Origin: Geobacteraceae bacterium
GTDB lineage: Bacteria > Desulfobacterota > Desulfuromonadia > Geobacterales > Geobacteraceae
Length of the DNA: 44,953 nt
Reading direction: 5' to 3'
Assembly: GCA_028683595.1 (NCBI GenBank)
Contig: JAQUHM010000001.1
Location: 1-44,953 of the forward strand
Shown here one piece after another: positions 37,066 through 44,953 of this stretch (positions are counted from its first letter, which is position 1; every line of letters begins with the position of its first letter). Below the pieces are notes generated by a model. The model was not told the origin of the DNA. It searched no databases and saw nothing but the letters and a program-made list of their open reading frames with translations. A program made the position numbers and the translations under genes.

Positions 37066-37710
37066 ATGAAACTGTCTGAAAAAGCAGAAGAAATTTTGGA
37101 AGAACTCTGGGTTGAGGTCGAGGAAGAGGGAAATGTCTTCACGGATATGGAGAAGATTCACCTTGACGTGGAGGATCCTGTCTTTCAGGAATTGACTGAT
37201 CTTGCACTTATCGAGGTGAAAGAGGGGCGGGTCTATCTCCGTCCGGAAGGAAAAGTTGAAGGTCGAAAAATCGTTCGCCGTTTCCGACTTGCTGAACGGC
37301 TCATGATGGATGTCTTCAATATGCGCGGTGAAGCTGCCAAGGATAAGGCCTGCCAGTTCGAACACCTCCTGAACGAAGGGGTGGACACGAAGGTCTGCAC
37401 ACTGCTCAATCATCCCTCCACCAGTCCCCACGGCAAGACGATTCCTCCCGGAGAGTGTTGCCTGGAGGCACAGCGTAGCGGAAATCTGGGAGTCGTCCCT
37501 CTCACGGAGCTGAAACCTAATGAGGAAGGTGAGATCGCCTATATCCAGACCGAAGACAACAAGAAAATGCAGAAACTCATGGCCATGGGGGTACTTCCCG
37601 GCAACAGAATCCGTCTCCACCAGTCGTTTCCTTCCTACATTTTCAGTGTCGGTTATTCCGAGTTTGCCATTGACACCAACATGGCGCGCGAGATTTTCGT
37701 GCGGAGGTAG
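37066..37710 (+). CDS. DtxR/IdeR-family metal-dependent regulator fused to a C-terminal FeoA (SH3-like) domain
   Basis: DtxR dimerisation/metal-binding region RRFRLAERLMMDVF..CQFEHLL..LLNHPSTSPHGKTIP. C-terminal FeoA-like GEIAYIQTEDNKKMQKLMAMGVLPGNRIRL. GGGGAG SD. Confidence 0.8.
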   Translation: MKLSEKAEEILEELWVEVEEEGNVFTDMEKIHLDVEDPVFQELTDLALIEVKEGRVYLRPEGKVEGRKIVRRFRLAERLMMDVFNMRGEAAKDKACQFEHLLNEGVDTKVCTLLNHPSTSPHGKTIPPGECCLEAQRSGNLGVVPLTELKPNEEGEIAYIQTEDNKKMQKLMAMGVLPGNRIRLHQSFPSYIFSVGYSEFAIDTNMAREIFVRR

Positions 37711-37752
37711 GATACATTGCTGTGACCGCTTCTTGCGGCGGAGAAAAAATTG

Positions 37753-37798
37753 AAAGGGCCGGGGGGCAGGAAATTCCCCCGGCCCTTTTTCTGTTTGG
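37753..37798 (+). terminator. Rho-independent terminator ending the feo operon
   Basis: 13-bp stem AAAGGGCCGGGGG / CCCCCGGCCCTTT followed by TTCTGTTT. Confidence 0.85.
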
Positions 37799-38254
37799 CT
37801 GATGTGCGCCTTGACTGAGTATCCCCACGAATGGCAAGCAAGAATCCTATTCTGACCTTTATCCCATGTCTTCTCAGAACTGTTATAATTAACTGCTATT
37901 AAACATATTGTTGCTCAACAAGGTGCGTGAAGCGGTCCTTTCCGTTCAGATACTGGTATTTTCCACCCGTTGTTTTGTTTCCGTATTTTGGTGAGAACTC
38001 TGAAATGGACATGATAATGGTTTGTTGCCAGGATGTATTGGTCGAGTATACTTTGAATCACATTACTATTGCTCAGTTAGTATGTATCCCTCGTACTCTT
38101 CAGGATAGTTTTTAACAGAAAAGTTTTATGGCATTTGCTGGCGAGTCGGATAGTCCCTGGGTTGCTTTGCTCAAGAAACTACGTACGAAAACGTATGTTC
38201 CCATGTCAACTGGTTGGTCTCACTACTTAAGCTTGTCGTATAGCGGATTGTGCC

Positions 38255-40159
38255 ATGAATGATGACATCCATGAGAAAACACATGGAGAGAAGCTCCTTG
38301 AACTCGAGACCATTGTCAACCAGAGTCCAGCGGTTGCCTTTCGCTGGAATGCTGATGAAAAGTGGTCTGTCCAGTTTGTATCCGATAATATAAAGCAATT
38401 CGGATTCCACCCCGAGGAATTTCTTTCAAACGGATTGTGTTTTTCCGAAATTATCCATCCGGATGATCTGCCGCGTGTCCGTGAAGAGGTGGCGAGATAC
38501 TCCCGGGAAGGTGTGGATGAATTCTCCGGTGAGTACCGAATCGTTGACGGAAGGGGCAGGGTGCGGTGGCTGGACGATCGAACTGTGATCTTGCGGGACA
38601 AAGATTCTGTGCCGCTTGCCTATCAAGGGTTGTTACTTGATGTAACGGACAAAAAAAATGCCGAGCACTATGTGATCCGGCAAAAAGAAATGCTGCAGGC
38701 CATTCTCGACATAATTCCGGCGATGATCATCTATTTCGATCCGGAACAGAGGGTTGCTTACGGTAATCTTGCGTGGGAAGAGATTTCCGGCTGGACCCTG
38801 GAGGACCTGCAGGAGCGTGACCTCCTGGAAGAGTTCTATCCTGATCCCGAGTACCGACGCAGCGTCACTGAGTTCGTCATGAGGGCGGAGGGTGTCTGGC
38901 AAAATTTTCGCACCAGGGTGAGGGACGGTCGGGTAATCGATACCCGCTGGGCAAATGTGAAACTTTCCGACGGGACCAATATCGGCATCGGCCAGGATAT
39001 TACCGACCAGAAAAAAATAGAGGAAAAGGTTCAGTTGACCCAGAAACTCGAGGCCGTTGGACGTCTTGCGGGTGGTATTGCCCATGACTTCAATAACATC
39101 CTTACGGCGATCATCGGTTTCTGCACGTTGTCAAAAATGAAGACCGACGAGAGTGATCCGGTACACAATTATCAGGACAGGATTCTTTCCGCAGCGGAGA
39201 AAGCTGCGGGGTTGACGCAATCTCTCCTGGCATTCAGCCGCAAACAGATGATATCGGTCAGTAGGGTCAATCTGGTTGAATGTGTGAATGAGATAGCAGA
39301 AAAGATTGCTCTTGATCTGGGTGAAAAGGTCCAGCTTGAGGTTGGACATGAATTCCCTGAACTACTGGTGGTGGCCGATTGTCATTGTATTGAGCAGATT
39401 CTCTCCAGTCTTGCATCGAACTCACTCGATGCCATGCCTGACGGCGGCGATTTTGCCATTACAACAACCCTTGCTGAAATGGGGACGGATTTTATTCGGG
39501 CGAACGGTTTCGGCAAGGTGGGTCGATATGCCTGTATGACAGTTTCAGACACCGGCGTCGGCATGGACCAGGAGACCCAGAGAAATATCTTTGTGCCGTT
39601 TTTTACTACGAAGGACGTGGGCCATGGGACCGGTCTTGGTCTTCCCAGTGCCTATGGAACGGTGAAACAGTTGGGAGGGTTCATTACCGCGCAGTCGACT
39701 CCCGGGTCGGGAAGCGTTTTTACCATCTACCTGCCCAGTGCCACGGACGAGATCTCTCGAAGTCCGGTCGAGCGCCCTTTGTCGGAACACTTGGCAAATC
39801 CGGTAATTCTGCTGGCGGATGACAATGATCTGGTCAGAGCGGTAAGCCGGGAAATCCTCGAAAAGTCTGATTTCACCGTTATTGAGGCGGTTGATGGGAT
39901 AGATGCTGTGGAAAAACTCAGGAAAATGGAAAATGCCCCGGATCTCTTGCTGTTCGATATTGTCATGCCCAGAATGAATGGTTTGGAGGCGTTCCAGAAA
40001 ATTCATGAAGAACGACCGGAGATTCCGGTACTTTTTGTGAGCGGGTATCAGGAAAAAATTATCTCAACGCAAGGCTTGCCGGATGGTGCGGTCGAGATTG
40101 TCGGAAAACCTGTATCGCCAGAGGATCTGGTGCGGAAAATTCGGGAGATCCTGAAGTAA
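38255..40159 (+). CDS. Hybrid sensor histidine kinase (PAS-PAS-HisKA-HATPase-REC)
   Basis: Two PAS-like segments, H-box GGIAHDFNNILTAI, ATPase boxes SDTGVGMD and GTGLGL, and a C-terminal receiver DLLLFDIVMPRMNG..VSGY..KP. Confidence 0.9.
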   Translation: MNDDIHEKTHGEKLLELETIVNQSPAVAFRWNADEKWSVQFVSDNIKQFGFHPEEFLSNGLCFSEIIHPDDLPRVREEVARYSREGVDEFSGEYRIVDGRGRVRWLDDRTVILRDKDSVPLAYQGLLLDVTDKKNAEHYVIRQKEMLQAILDIIPAMIIYFDPEQRVAYGNLAWEEISGWTLEDLQERDLLEEFYPDPEYRRSVTEFVMRAEGVWQNFRTRVRDGRVIDTRWANVKLSDGTNIGIGQDITDQKKIEEKVQLTQKLEAVGRLAGGIAHDFNNILTAIIGFCTLSKMKTDESDPVHNYQDRILSAAEKAAGLTQSLLAFSRKQMISVSRVNLVECVNEIAEKIALDLGEKVQLEVGHEFPELLVVADCHCIEQILSSLASNSLDAMPDGGDFAITTTLAEMGTDFIRANGFGKVGRYACMTVSDTGVGMDQETQRNIFVPFFTTKDVGHGTGLGLPSAYGTVKQLGGFITAQSTPGSGSVFTIYLPSATDEISRSPVERPLSEHLANPVILLADDNDLVRAVSREILEKSDFTVIEAVDGIDAVEKLRKMENAPDLLLFDIVMPRMNGLEAFQKIHEERPEIPVLFVSGYQEKIISTQGLPDGAVEIVGKPVSPEDLVRKIREILK

Positions 40160-40210
40160 GTGCAAAAATGGTCATTGCGTCACGGGCTGAGGGAGTTTAC
40201 AAACGGAAAG

Positions 40211-40254
40211 GATGAGGCGGGGAGCCGATACGGTTGTCCGCCTCATCTGTTTCC
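40211..40254. terminator. Hairpin terminator between the convergent kinase and REC-PilZ genes
   Basis: 10-bp stem GATGAGGCGG (40211-40220) / CCGCCTCATC (40238-40247). Modest T-rich tails on both strands. Confidence 0.55.
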
Positions 40255-40265
40255 TGTAGCAAAGT

Positions 40266-40973
40266 TTATTTTTCCGACTCCCCTGAAGCGGCTTGTTCTA
40301 GGAACTTCCTCAATAGTTCCGAAGTCTCTTTTCTGATGTCGGAAAATTTGATCCCCACTCCGCGCGGTGAAAAGGGGGCTACCTGGTTCAGGAGATAGAT
40401 GACCTCTCCCTTAAGGTCAATGGAGGGAGTGGCTGGCGACAGGCGCAGGGATATTTCTACCTGCGAGCCGGTGTGCACGGAAGGATGATCGATTTCTACC
40501 AACAGGCCACCTTCACCGATGGTTCTGGTCCTGGTCTTGAACGTTTGATCGGATGTCCGGATTATTGCATCGACTGCGATATCCAGTCGGAGCATCTGCC
40601 GTTTGACGGCAAAGGGAAGGTTCCGCTGCAGCATCAGGTGGATGTCCCTGACTGTCAGCGGCTTGGTCAGGTAGTCGGAGCAGCCGGCTTTTTTTGCCCG
40701 TTCCAGACTCTGCTCCTTGCCGTCCGTTGTGACGATAACTACCGGAATGGTTGATGTGCGGGGATCGCCACAAAGTTTTTCGCAAAGGTCCATACCCTTG
40801 CTGTTCGGGACATTAATTTCCGCAAGCACAAGACTTGGTTTTGTCTGAGCAATGACGGAAAGTCCCGATTCCAGATCAAAGGCATGAAAGACTTCGTATC
40901 CCATCCTCGCTAGTGTGCGACTGACAAGCTTAATAAAGGTTTCCGATGGATCGATTATGACAATTTTTTTCAT
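40266..40973 (-). CDS. Receiver (REC)-PilZ two-domain protein with an atypical receiver (Glu at the phospho-acceptor position)
   Basis: The REC fold has ..SLVLAEINVPNSKG where DxxMP is expected; the conserved T (VVIVTTDG) and K (YLTKP) are present. The PilZ part has RQMLR (RxxxR) and TIGEGGLLVE (DxSxxG-like). Confidence 0.8.
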   Translation of the reverse strand: MKKIVIIDPSETFIKLVSRTLARMGYEVFHAFDLESGLSVIAQTKPSLVLAEINVPNSKGMDLCEKLCGDPRTSTIPVVIVTTDGKEQSLERAKKAGCSDYLTKPLTVRDIHLMLQRNLPFAVKRQMLRLDIAVDAIIRTSDQTFKTRTRTIGEGGLLVEIDHPSVHTGSQVEISLRLSPATPSIDLKGEVIYLLNQVAPFSPRGVGIKFSDIRKETSELLRKFLEQAASGESEK

Positions 40974-41047
40974 GAAATCTGAACCTTCCCTTAAGGGAAT
41001 CTATTTAGTTTCCGTCCGGAAAGGGTGCTTTATCCCCCCTGGCGGTG

Positions 41048-41233
41048 TCAATCTTCGGCTTTGCTTGTGCGGCGTACCAACGTACGCCTCCGCGCAACCC
41101 CTCGATTTCCTTGCCTGAAGAAAAAATCCCCGCTTTCCAAATCGGAAACCAGCAGTTCCTCATCCGGAGTTTCCTGATGGAATCTGTTTAGATAAGGCTG
41201 TTTAATACTGCCCTCAGCTTCCAACGATGCCAT
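41048..41233 (-). CDS. Questionable 61-aa ORF upstream of REC-PilZ
   Basis: ORF only. Weak SD, acidic N-terminal half and Arg-rich tail, and no motif I recognise. Confidence 0.2.
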   Translation of the reverse strand: MASLEAEGSIKQPYLNRFHQETPDEELLVSDLESGDFFFRQGNRGVARRRTLVRRTSKAED

Positions 41234-41365
41234 CCTTATACTCTCAAAGACACTGCTTTCTATCTAATACTATAAACACGGAATATGTCAATATTTCCGG
41301 TGCACTCCACCGGTAGGGCGAGATGTAAGTCTTTCCTGCATCAGCTTACAAGAGCTGCCGATGGG

Positions 41366-44053
41366 TTACTGCTTCTGGGCCAGCTGTTGCAGGATCTGCT
41401 TGAGTTTGCGCAACTCATCACCATACCCTGCCCAGTTTCCCTGGCGCTGCAACTCAACGGCTTTTTCGTAGACTTTCATTGCCTCAGCTGCCAGCCCATG
41501 CTGGGAAGTCGTTGAAGCAGGACCGGTTTCGCCGGTTGTTTCCGTGGCAGCTCGAGTTCCGCCGAAAAGTTTCTGTAGTGCCAGTTCCAGAGTGTTCTCC
41601 ATGACAACCTCATCCCGATAGGCAACAATGACCCGTTGCAGCTCAGGAAGGCCGATCTTATCCGTTGCCGCAAGGTAAAGCGGCTGCACATACAGGAGCG
41701 ATTTTTCTATAGGAATTACCAGCATGCTGCCTCGGATAACTTCCGATCCGCGTTGTCCCCAGAGGGTCAGCTGCTGTGAGATAGAGGAATCCTGGTTGAT
41801 CCGCGCGTCTATCTGTTTTGGTCCGTATATAAGTCTGTCCCGGGGGAAGGTATAGGCCAGGAGTTTTCCGTAGTTCGGGTCGTCGCAGCGGGCGGTGAGC
41901 CAGGCCGCCAGGTTGTCCCTTTTTGCGGGAGTAAAGGGGAGTAGCAGGATATATTCCTCCTTTTTTTCACCCGGCAGCTTCATGATGGTGTAATAGGGCT
42001 CCATCGGATTTTCTCCGAGAGAGGGGATCTCCCAGAGGTTTTCCTTGTTGTAAAAAACCTTGGGGTCGGTCATGTGGTAGGCGGCGAACATGGCTGCCTG
42101 GATTCGTAGGAACTCGTGGGGATAGCGGACATGGGAGCGCAGATCATCCGGCATGGCTTCCATGGGTTTGAACAGTTTCGGAAAGATCCTGGCATAGACC
42201 TTTACCAGTGGATCTTTCGGGTCGCTGATGTAATAGTCAAGGGTTCCATCGTAGGCGTCAACGACGATTTTAACCGAGTTTCTCATGTAGTTGACCCCAT
42301 TCGAGACCGGTTTCGAGTAGGGGAGGTTGTTTGAGAATGTGTAGGCGTCTATCATCCACACCAGCCGACCGTCCTTGGTTATGACCATGTACGGATCGGA
42401 GTCCAGAAGCAGGAACGGGGCCACCGTCTTCACCCGTTCAACGATGTTTCGGTAAAAAAGTATCCGGCTTTTATTGCTGATATCAGATGAAAGGATGATC
42501 TTTTCGGTCCTGAAGTATGCTGCGAAAAGTGCTCGTTTAACCATCGAGTCGAGGGGAACTCCCCCCTTTCCGTTATAGGTGGTGTTGATATTGCCAGTGG
42601 CCGTGGGATAGCTGAATTCCGGGACCCTGGTTTTGACGATGACATAGTCGTTGGACAACTCCCCGTAGTAGATTTCCGGTTTGGACACCGTAATGTCGGC
42701 AAGGCTGACTGCAGGAATGTCCTTGATGAAAAACTCGGGAAGCCCTTCCTTGCTGATCCGGCTTACAGGGCCAAAGGTCAGGCCGTTGCCGTGTGTAAAG
42801 ATGAGCCGCTCGTTTATCCAGTTCCTGCTGGGGAGATCGCCGTACGAAAGTTCGCGGGGCGAGAGCATGACCTGGGTATACTGGTCGTTGACGAGATAGC
42901 GGTCGTTGTCCACGTCATGAAACTTGTAGTAGGTCCTGATCTGCTGAAGCTGGCTGTAGGTCCTGAGGAGCGGTGCGTGATCCCAGAGTCGGATATTCTT
43001 GATTGTCAGGTCGTTCTTGGCGATGTCCGAGGCGTTAAGTTTGTTGTCTACATCGAAGGGGATTGTTTCAATTTTGTCAAGATCGTAGCCGAGGCGGGTG
43101 AACTTGATACCATGCTCAATATAAGGCATCTCCAAGGCGAGTTCATTGGGGGCGACCTTGAACTTCTGCAACAGGCCGGGATACACCTTGATCCCGATTC
43201 CGTAAATGGCAATGAGGATGACAGGAGCAAGCAATGCCTGGCGCCAGCGAGCTTTCCAGACCCCTGCCGCAACGATGACAGCCGCCAGCGGGGTAATGAC
43301 GGCAAGGATGCGGTACACCAGGAGCCGAGCGGTTACATCGGCATAACCAGCTCCGTAGACTGCACCGGTTTCAGAAAAGAGCAGTTTGAAACAGTCCAGG
43401 TAAAAGCCAGCGGAAACGGTAAGGAGAAAAAAACCCGCTAGCAGAGCCAGGTGTTTTCTGATCTTTGGGGCTACATGCGCACCACTTGGTGTTAGGGCTA
43501 TGCCGCCATTGACGAAGTAAACAGCGCTTACCAGAAGAATGCTGAACAGTGTTGTAACTCTGGAAAATGCTGCCAGGATCTCCAAAAAAGGCAGGCTGAA
43601 CAGGTAGAACCCAATGTCTTTGCCCAGGATTGGATCCGTGGTGCCGACAGGTAGCATGTTCATGTACAGGAGAAGTTTTTCCCACTGCAGAGCACCCCAG
43701 TTGCCGGCAAAAAGGGCGAGGACAAAAGCGGCGATCAGGGCGATGGGTTTGAGGAGTCGTTCTGCCTCGTCGGTCTTCAATTGATAGAGCGTTCCCTCCA
43801 TGATAGTGATGGCGGGTCGGGGGAATTTCGAGCGGAGTGCAGGGATCAGGTTGATCAGGAGAAATGCCAGCAGGATGACCCCGAAGAAAAGACCGCAGCC
43901 TATTTTTGCCAGCAGTGATGTCGTAAGTACCCCTGTATAGCCTGTTTCCGCGAAGAATTGCCAGTCGATATAAAGGTTCAGCAGTGAAGAGAGGAAGGGC
44001 AGGGTCAGCAGGAAGGCGGCTAGGATAATAAGGGTGGTTTTTCTTCCAGGCAT
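41366..44053 (-). CDS. UPF0182-family large integral membrane protein
   Basis: N-terminal multi-TM region with LNLYIDWQFFAETGYTGV (family-typical LY.DWLWF..LGY) and a ~600-aa extracytoplasmic part. Start set to ATG 44053 (AAGGAG 7 nt upstream) rather than the ORF-track 44128. Confidence 0.8.
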   Translation of the reverse strand: MPGRKTTLIILAAFLLTLPFLSSLLNLYIDWQFFAETGYTGVLTTSLLAKIGCGLFFGVILLAFLLINLIPALRSKFPRPAITIMEGTLYQLKTDEAERLLKPIALIAAFVLALFAGNWGALQWEKLLLYMNMLPVGTTDPILGKDIGFYLFSLPFLEILAAFSRVTTLFSILLVSAVYFVNGGIALTPSGAHVAPKIRKHLALLAGFFLLTVSAGFYLDCFKLLFSETGAVYGAGYADVTARLLVYRILAVITPLAAVIVAAGVWKARWRQALLAPVILIAIYGIGIKVYPGLLQKFKVAPNELALEMPYIEHGIKFTRLGYDLDKIETIPFDVDNKLNASDIAKNDLTIKNIRLWDHAPLLRTYSQLQQIRTYYKFHDVDNDRYLVNDQYTQVMLSPRELSYGDLPSRNWINERLIFTHGNGLTFGPVSRISKEGLPEFFIKDIPAVSLADITVSKPEIYYGELSNDYVIVKTRVPEFSYPTATGNINTTYNGKGGVPLDSMVKRALFAAYFRTEKIILSSDISNKSRILFYRNIVERVKTVAPFLLLDSDPYMVITKDGRLVWMIDAYTFSNNLPYSKPVSNGVNYMRNSVKIVVDAYDGTLDYYISDPKDPLVKVYARIFPKLFKPMEAMPDDLRSHVRYPHEFLRIQAAMFAAYHMTDPKVFYNKENLWEIPSLGENPMEPYYTIMKLPGEKKEEYILLLPFTPAKRDNLAAWLTARCDDPNYGKLLAYTFPRDRLIYGPKQIDARINQDSSISQQLTLWGQRGSEVIRGSMLVIPIEKSLLYVQPLYLAATDKIGLPELQRVIVAYRDEVVMENTLELALQKLFGGTRAATETTGETGPASTTSQHGLAAEAMKVYEKAVELQRQGNWAGYGDELRKLKQILQQLAQKQ

Positions 44054-44212
44054 GTGAGTTCTCCTTGGCATCTTATCGGCTCGTGGGAATTTACGGATGT
44101 TTTCCGACGGATTGCGCTTATCAGTCATACACTGGAGTAGACGTTTTTGTCAAACTGCAATGCTTCGATAAAGGCCCCGTTTTTTTTGCTTCGCACAGAG
44201 CATTCTCAACGA

Positions 44213-44247
44213 AAAAAGGCCTTGCTATTGCTCGCAAGGCCTTTTTT
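44213..44247 (-). terminator. Rho-independent terminator after the GAPDH-like gene
   Basis: Stem AAAAAAGGCCTTGC / GCAAGGCCTTTTTT with an 8-nt loop. Symmetric A and T runs. Confidence 0.8.
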
Positions 44248-44271
44248 CGTTGATGAATAACGGACTGACCG

Positions 44272-44953
44272 TCAGCCCAGGTTTTTGGCGATATATCCGG
44301 TCAATTGACCGAGGCAGTTTACATAGCTGCCGTATTCGTTGTCATACCAGCCAAACAGCTTAGCGTGGGTGACTGGTATCTGTACCTCCGTTTCCGCTGG
44401 AACACCAAGGCTTTGGAGGGTTTCCGGCGGGAGATTGATGAAGCCGGTGCGGGTGTGGGTTTCGTGCCCTTCGATGACAACGGCGGCCGGGACACCGATC
44501 ATGTCGGAAGAGACGTTCTGCCGGTTGCTGAAAACGAGCATGTCTTTCTGGGACCCTTCGCTTGCTTTGCGGTACATCTCGTTCAGCAGGGTATGGGTGA
44601 TCACCGGCTCGCCCGCCTCGTCCAGCGGGTTGTGAAAGGTTAGGTTGAGAATGATCAGTGACACGGTGCTGGTGGGAATGCGGACCGAATCCGCCATGAA
44701 TCCGACACGTTTGATCTCCGGCAGGACCATTTCCAGGGCCTTGGCGGATCCTGTTGTGGAAAGGATTATGTTGTTCATGACCGAGCGGTTTTTACGCAAA
44801 TCCCCCGCAGCGGTCTTCGGTACCGAGTCGAGGACACTCTGGGTATTGGTCGCCGCATGGATAGTGGACATGGAAGCGGTCAGGATGTTGGATGTCTCTT
44901 TTGCTTCCAACAGCGGCTTGATCATGTGAGCCAAACCGGTTGTGGTGCAGGAG
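44272..44953 (-). CDS. gap: Glyceraldehyde-3-phosphate dehydrogenase-like protein, C-terminal (catalytic) part; 5' end lies outside the window
   Basis: The reading frame continues to the window edge, where it encodes SCTTTGLAHM (compare the catalytic SCTTNCLAP). C-terminal ..LFGWYDNEYGS.. is the GAPDH signature, with an extra ~25-aa insert before it. Confidence 0.8.
   Translation of the reverse strand, partial: SCTTTGLAHMIKPLLEAKETSNILTASMSTIHAATNTQSVLDSVPKTAAGDLRKNRSVMNNIILSTTGSAKALEMVLPEIKRVGFMADSVRIPTSTVSLIILNLTFHNPLDEAGEPVITHTLLNEMYRKASEGSQKDMLVFSNRQNVSSDMIGVPAAVVIEGHETHTRTGFINLPPETLQSLGVPAETEVQIPVTHAKLFGWYDNEYGSYVNCLGQLTGYIAKNLG

Overview
This is a chromosomal window of about 45 kb, roughly 50-55% GC. 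Gene order and content look like a Geobacter/Desulfuromonas-type deltaproteobacterium; that placement is inferred from remembered synteny and was not searched.

The centre (12.7-29.4 kb, + strand) is a conserved housekeeping block: rpsB-tsf-pyrH-frr-uppS-cdsA-dxr-rseP-tsaB, then ilvD-ilvB-ilvN-ilvC-psd-pssA, then leuA. leuA is preceded by a well-formed Leu (CUC) T-box leader. lptF-lptG lie just upstream on the - strand.

The flanks are more accessory-like:
- Bases 1-126 are the 3' end (domains V/VI) of a group II intron, next to a decayed tungstate/molybdate-type binding-protein remnant.
- A - strand cluster runs TonB-dependent receptor, CcsA-like, short ResB-like, APC permease, exbB-exbD-tonB. 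This is my best candidate for an undescribed system.
- A bacterial TiaS-kinase-domain-like protein is transcribed divergently from that cluster.
- An orphan GG-terminated Ubl plus E1 pair sits next to a 1172-aa GH13-like protein.
- An iron module comprises fur (with a Fur box in its own promoter), feoB, a translationally coupled Cys-rich microprotein and a DtxR-FeoA fusion.
- A PAS hybrid histidine kinase converges on a REC-PilZ protein whose phospho-acceptor Asp is replaced by Glu.
- The remainder is a UPF0182 membrane protein and a 5'-truncated GAPDH-like gene.

I saw no tRNA, rRNA or CRISPR array. Every functional call rests on motifs read from the translations; no searches were run.
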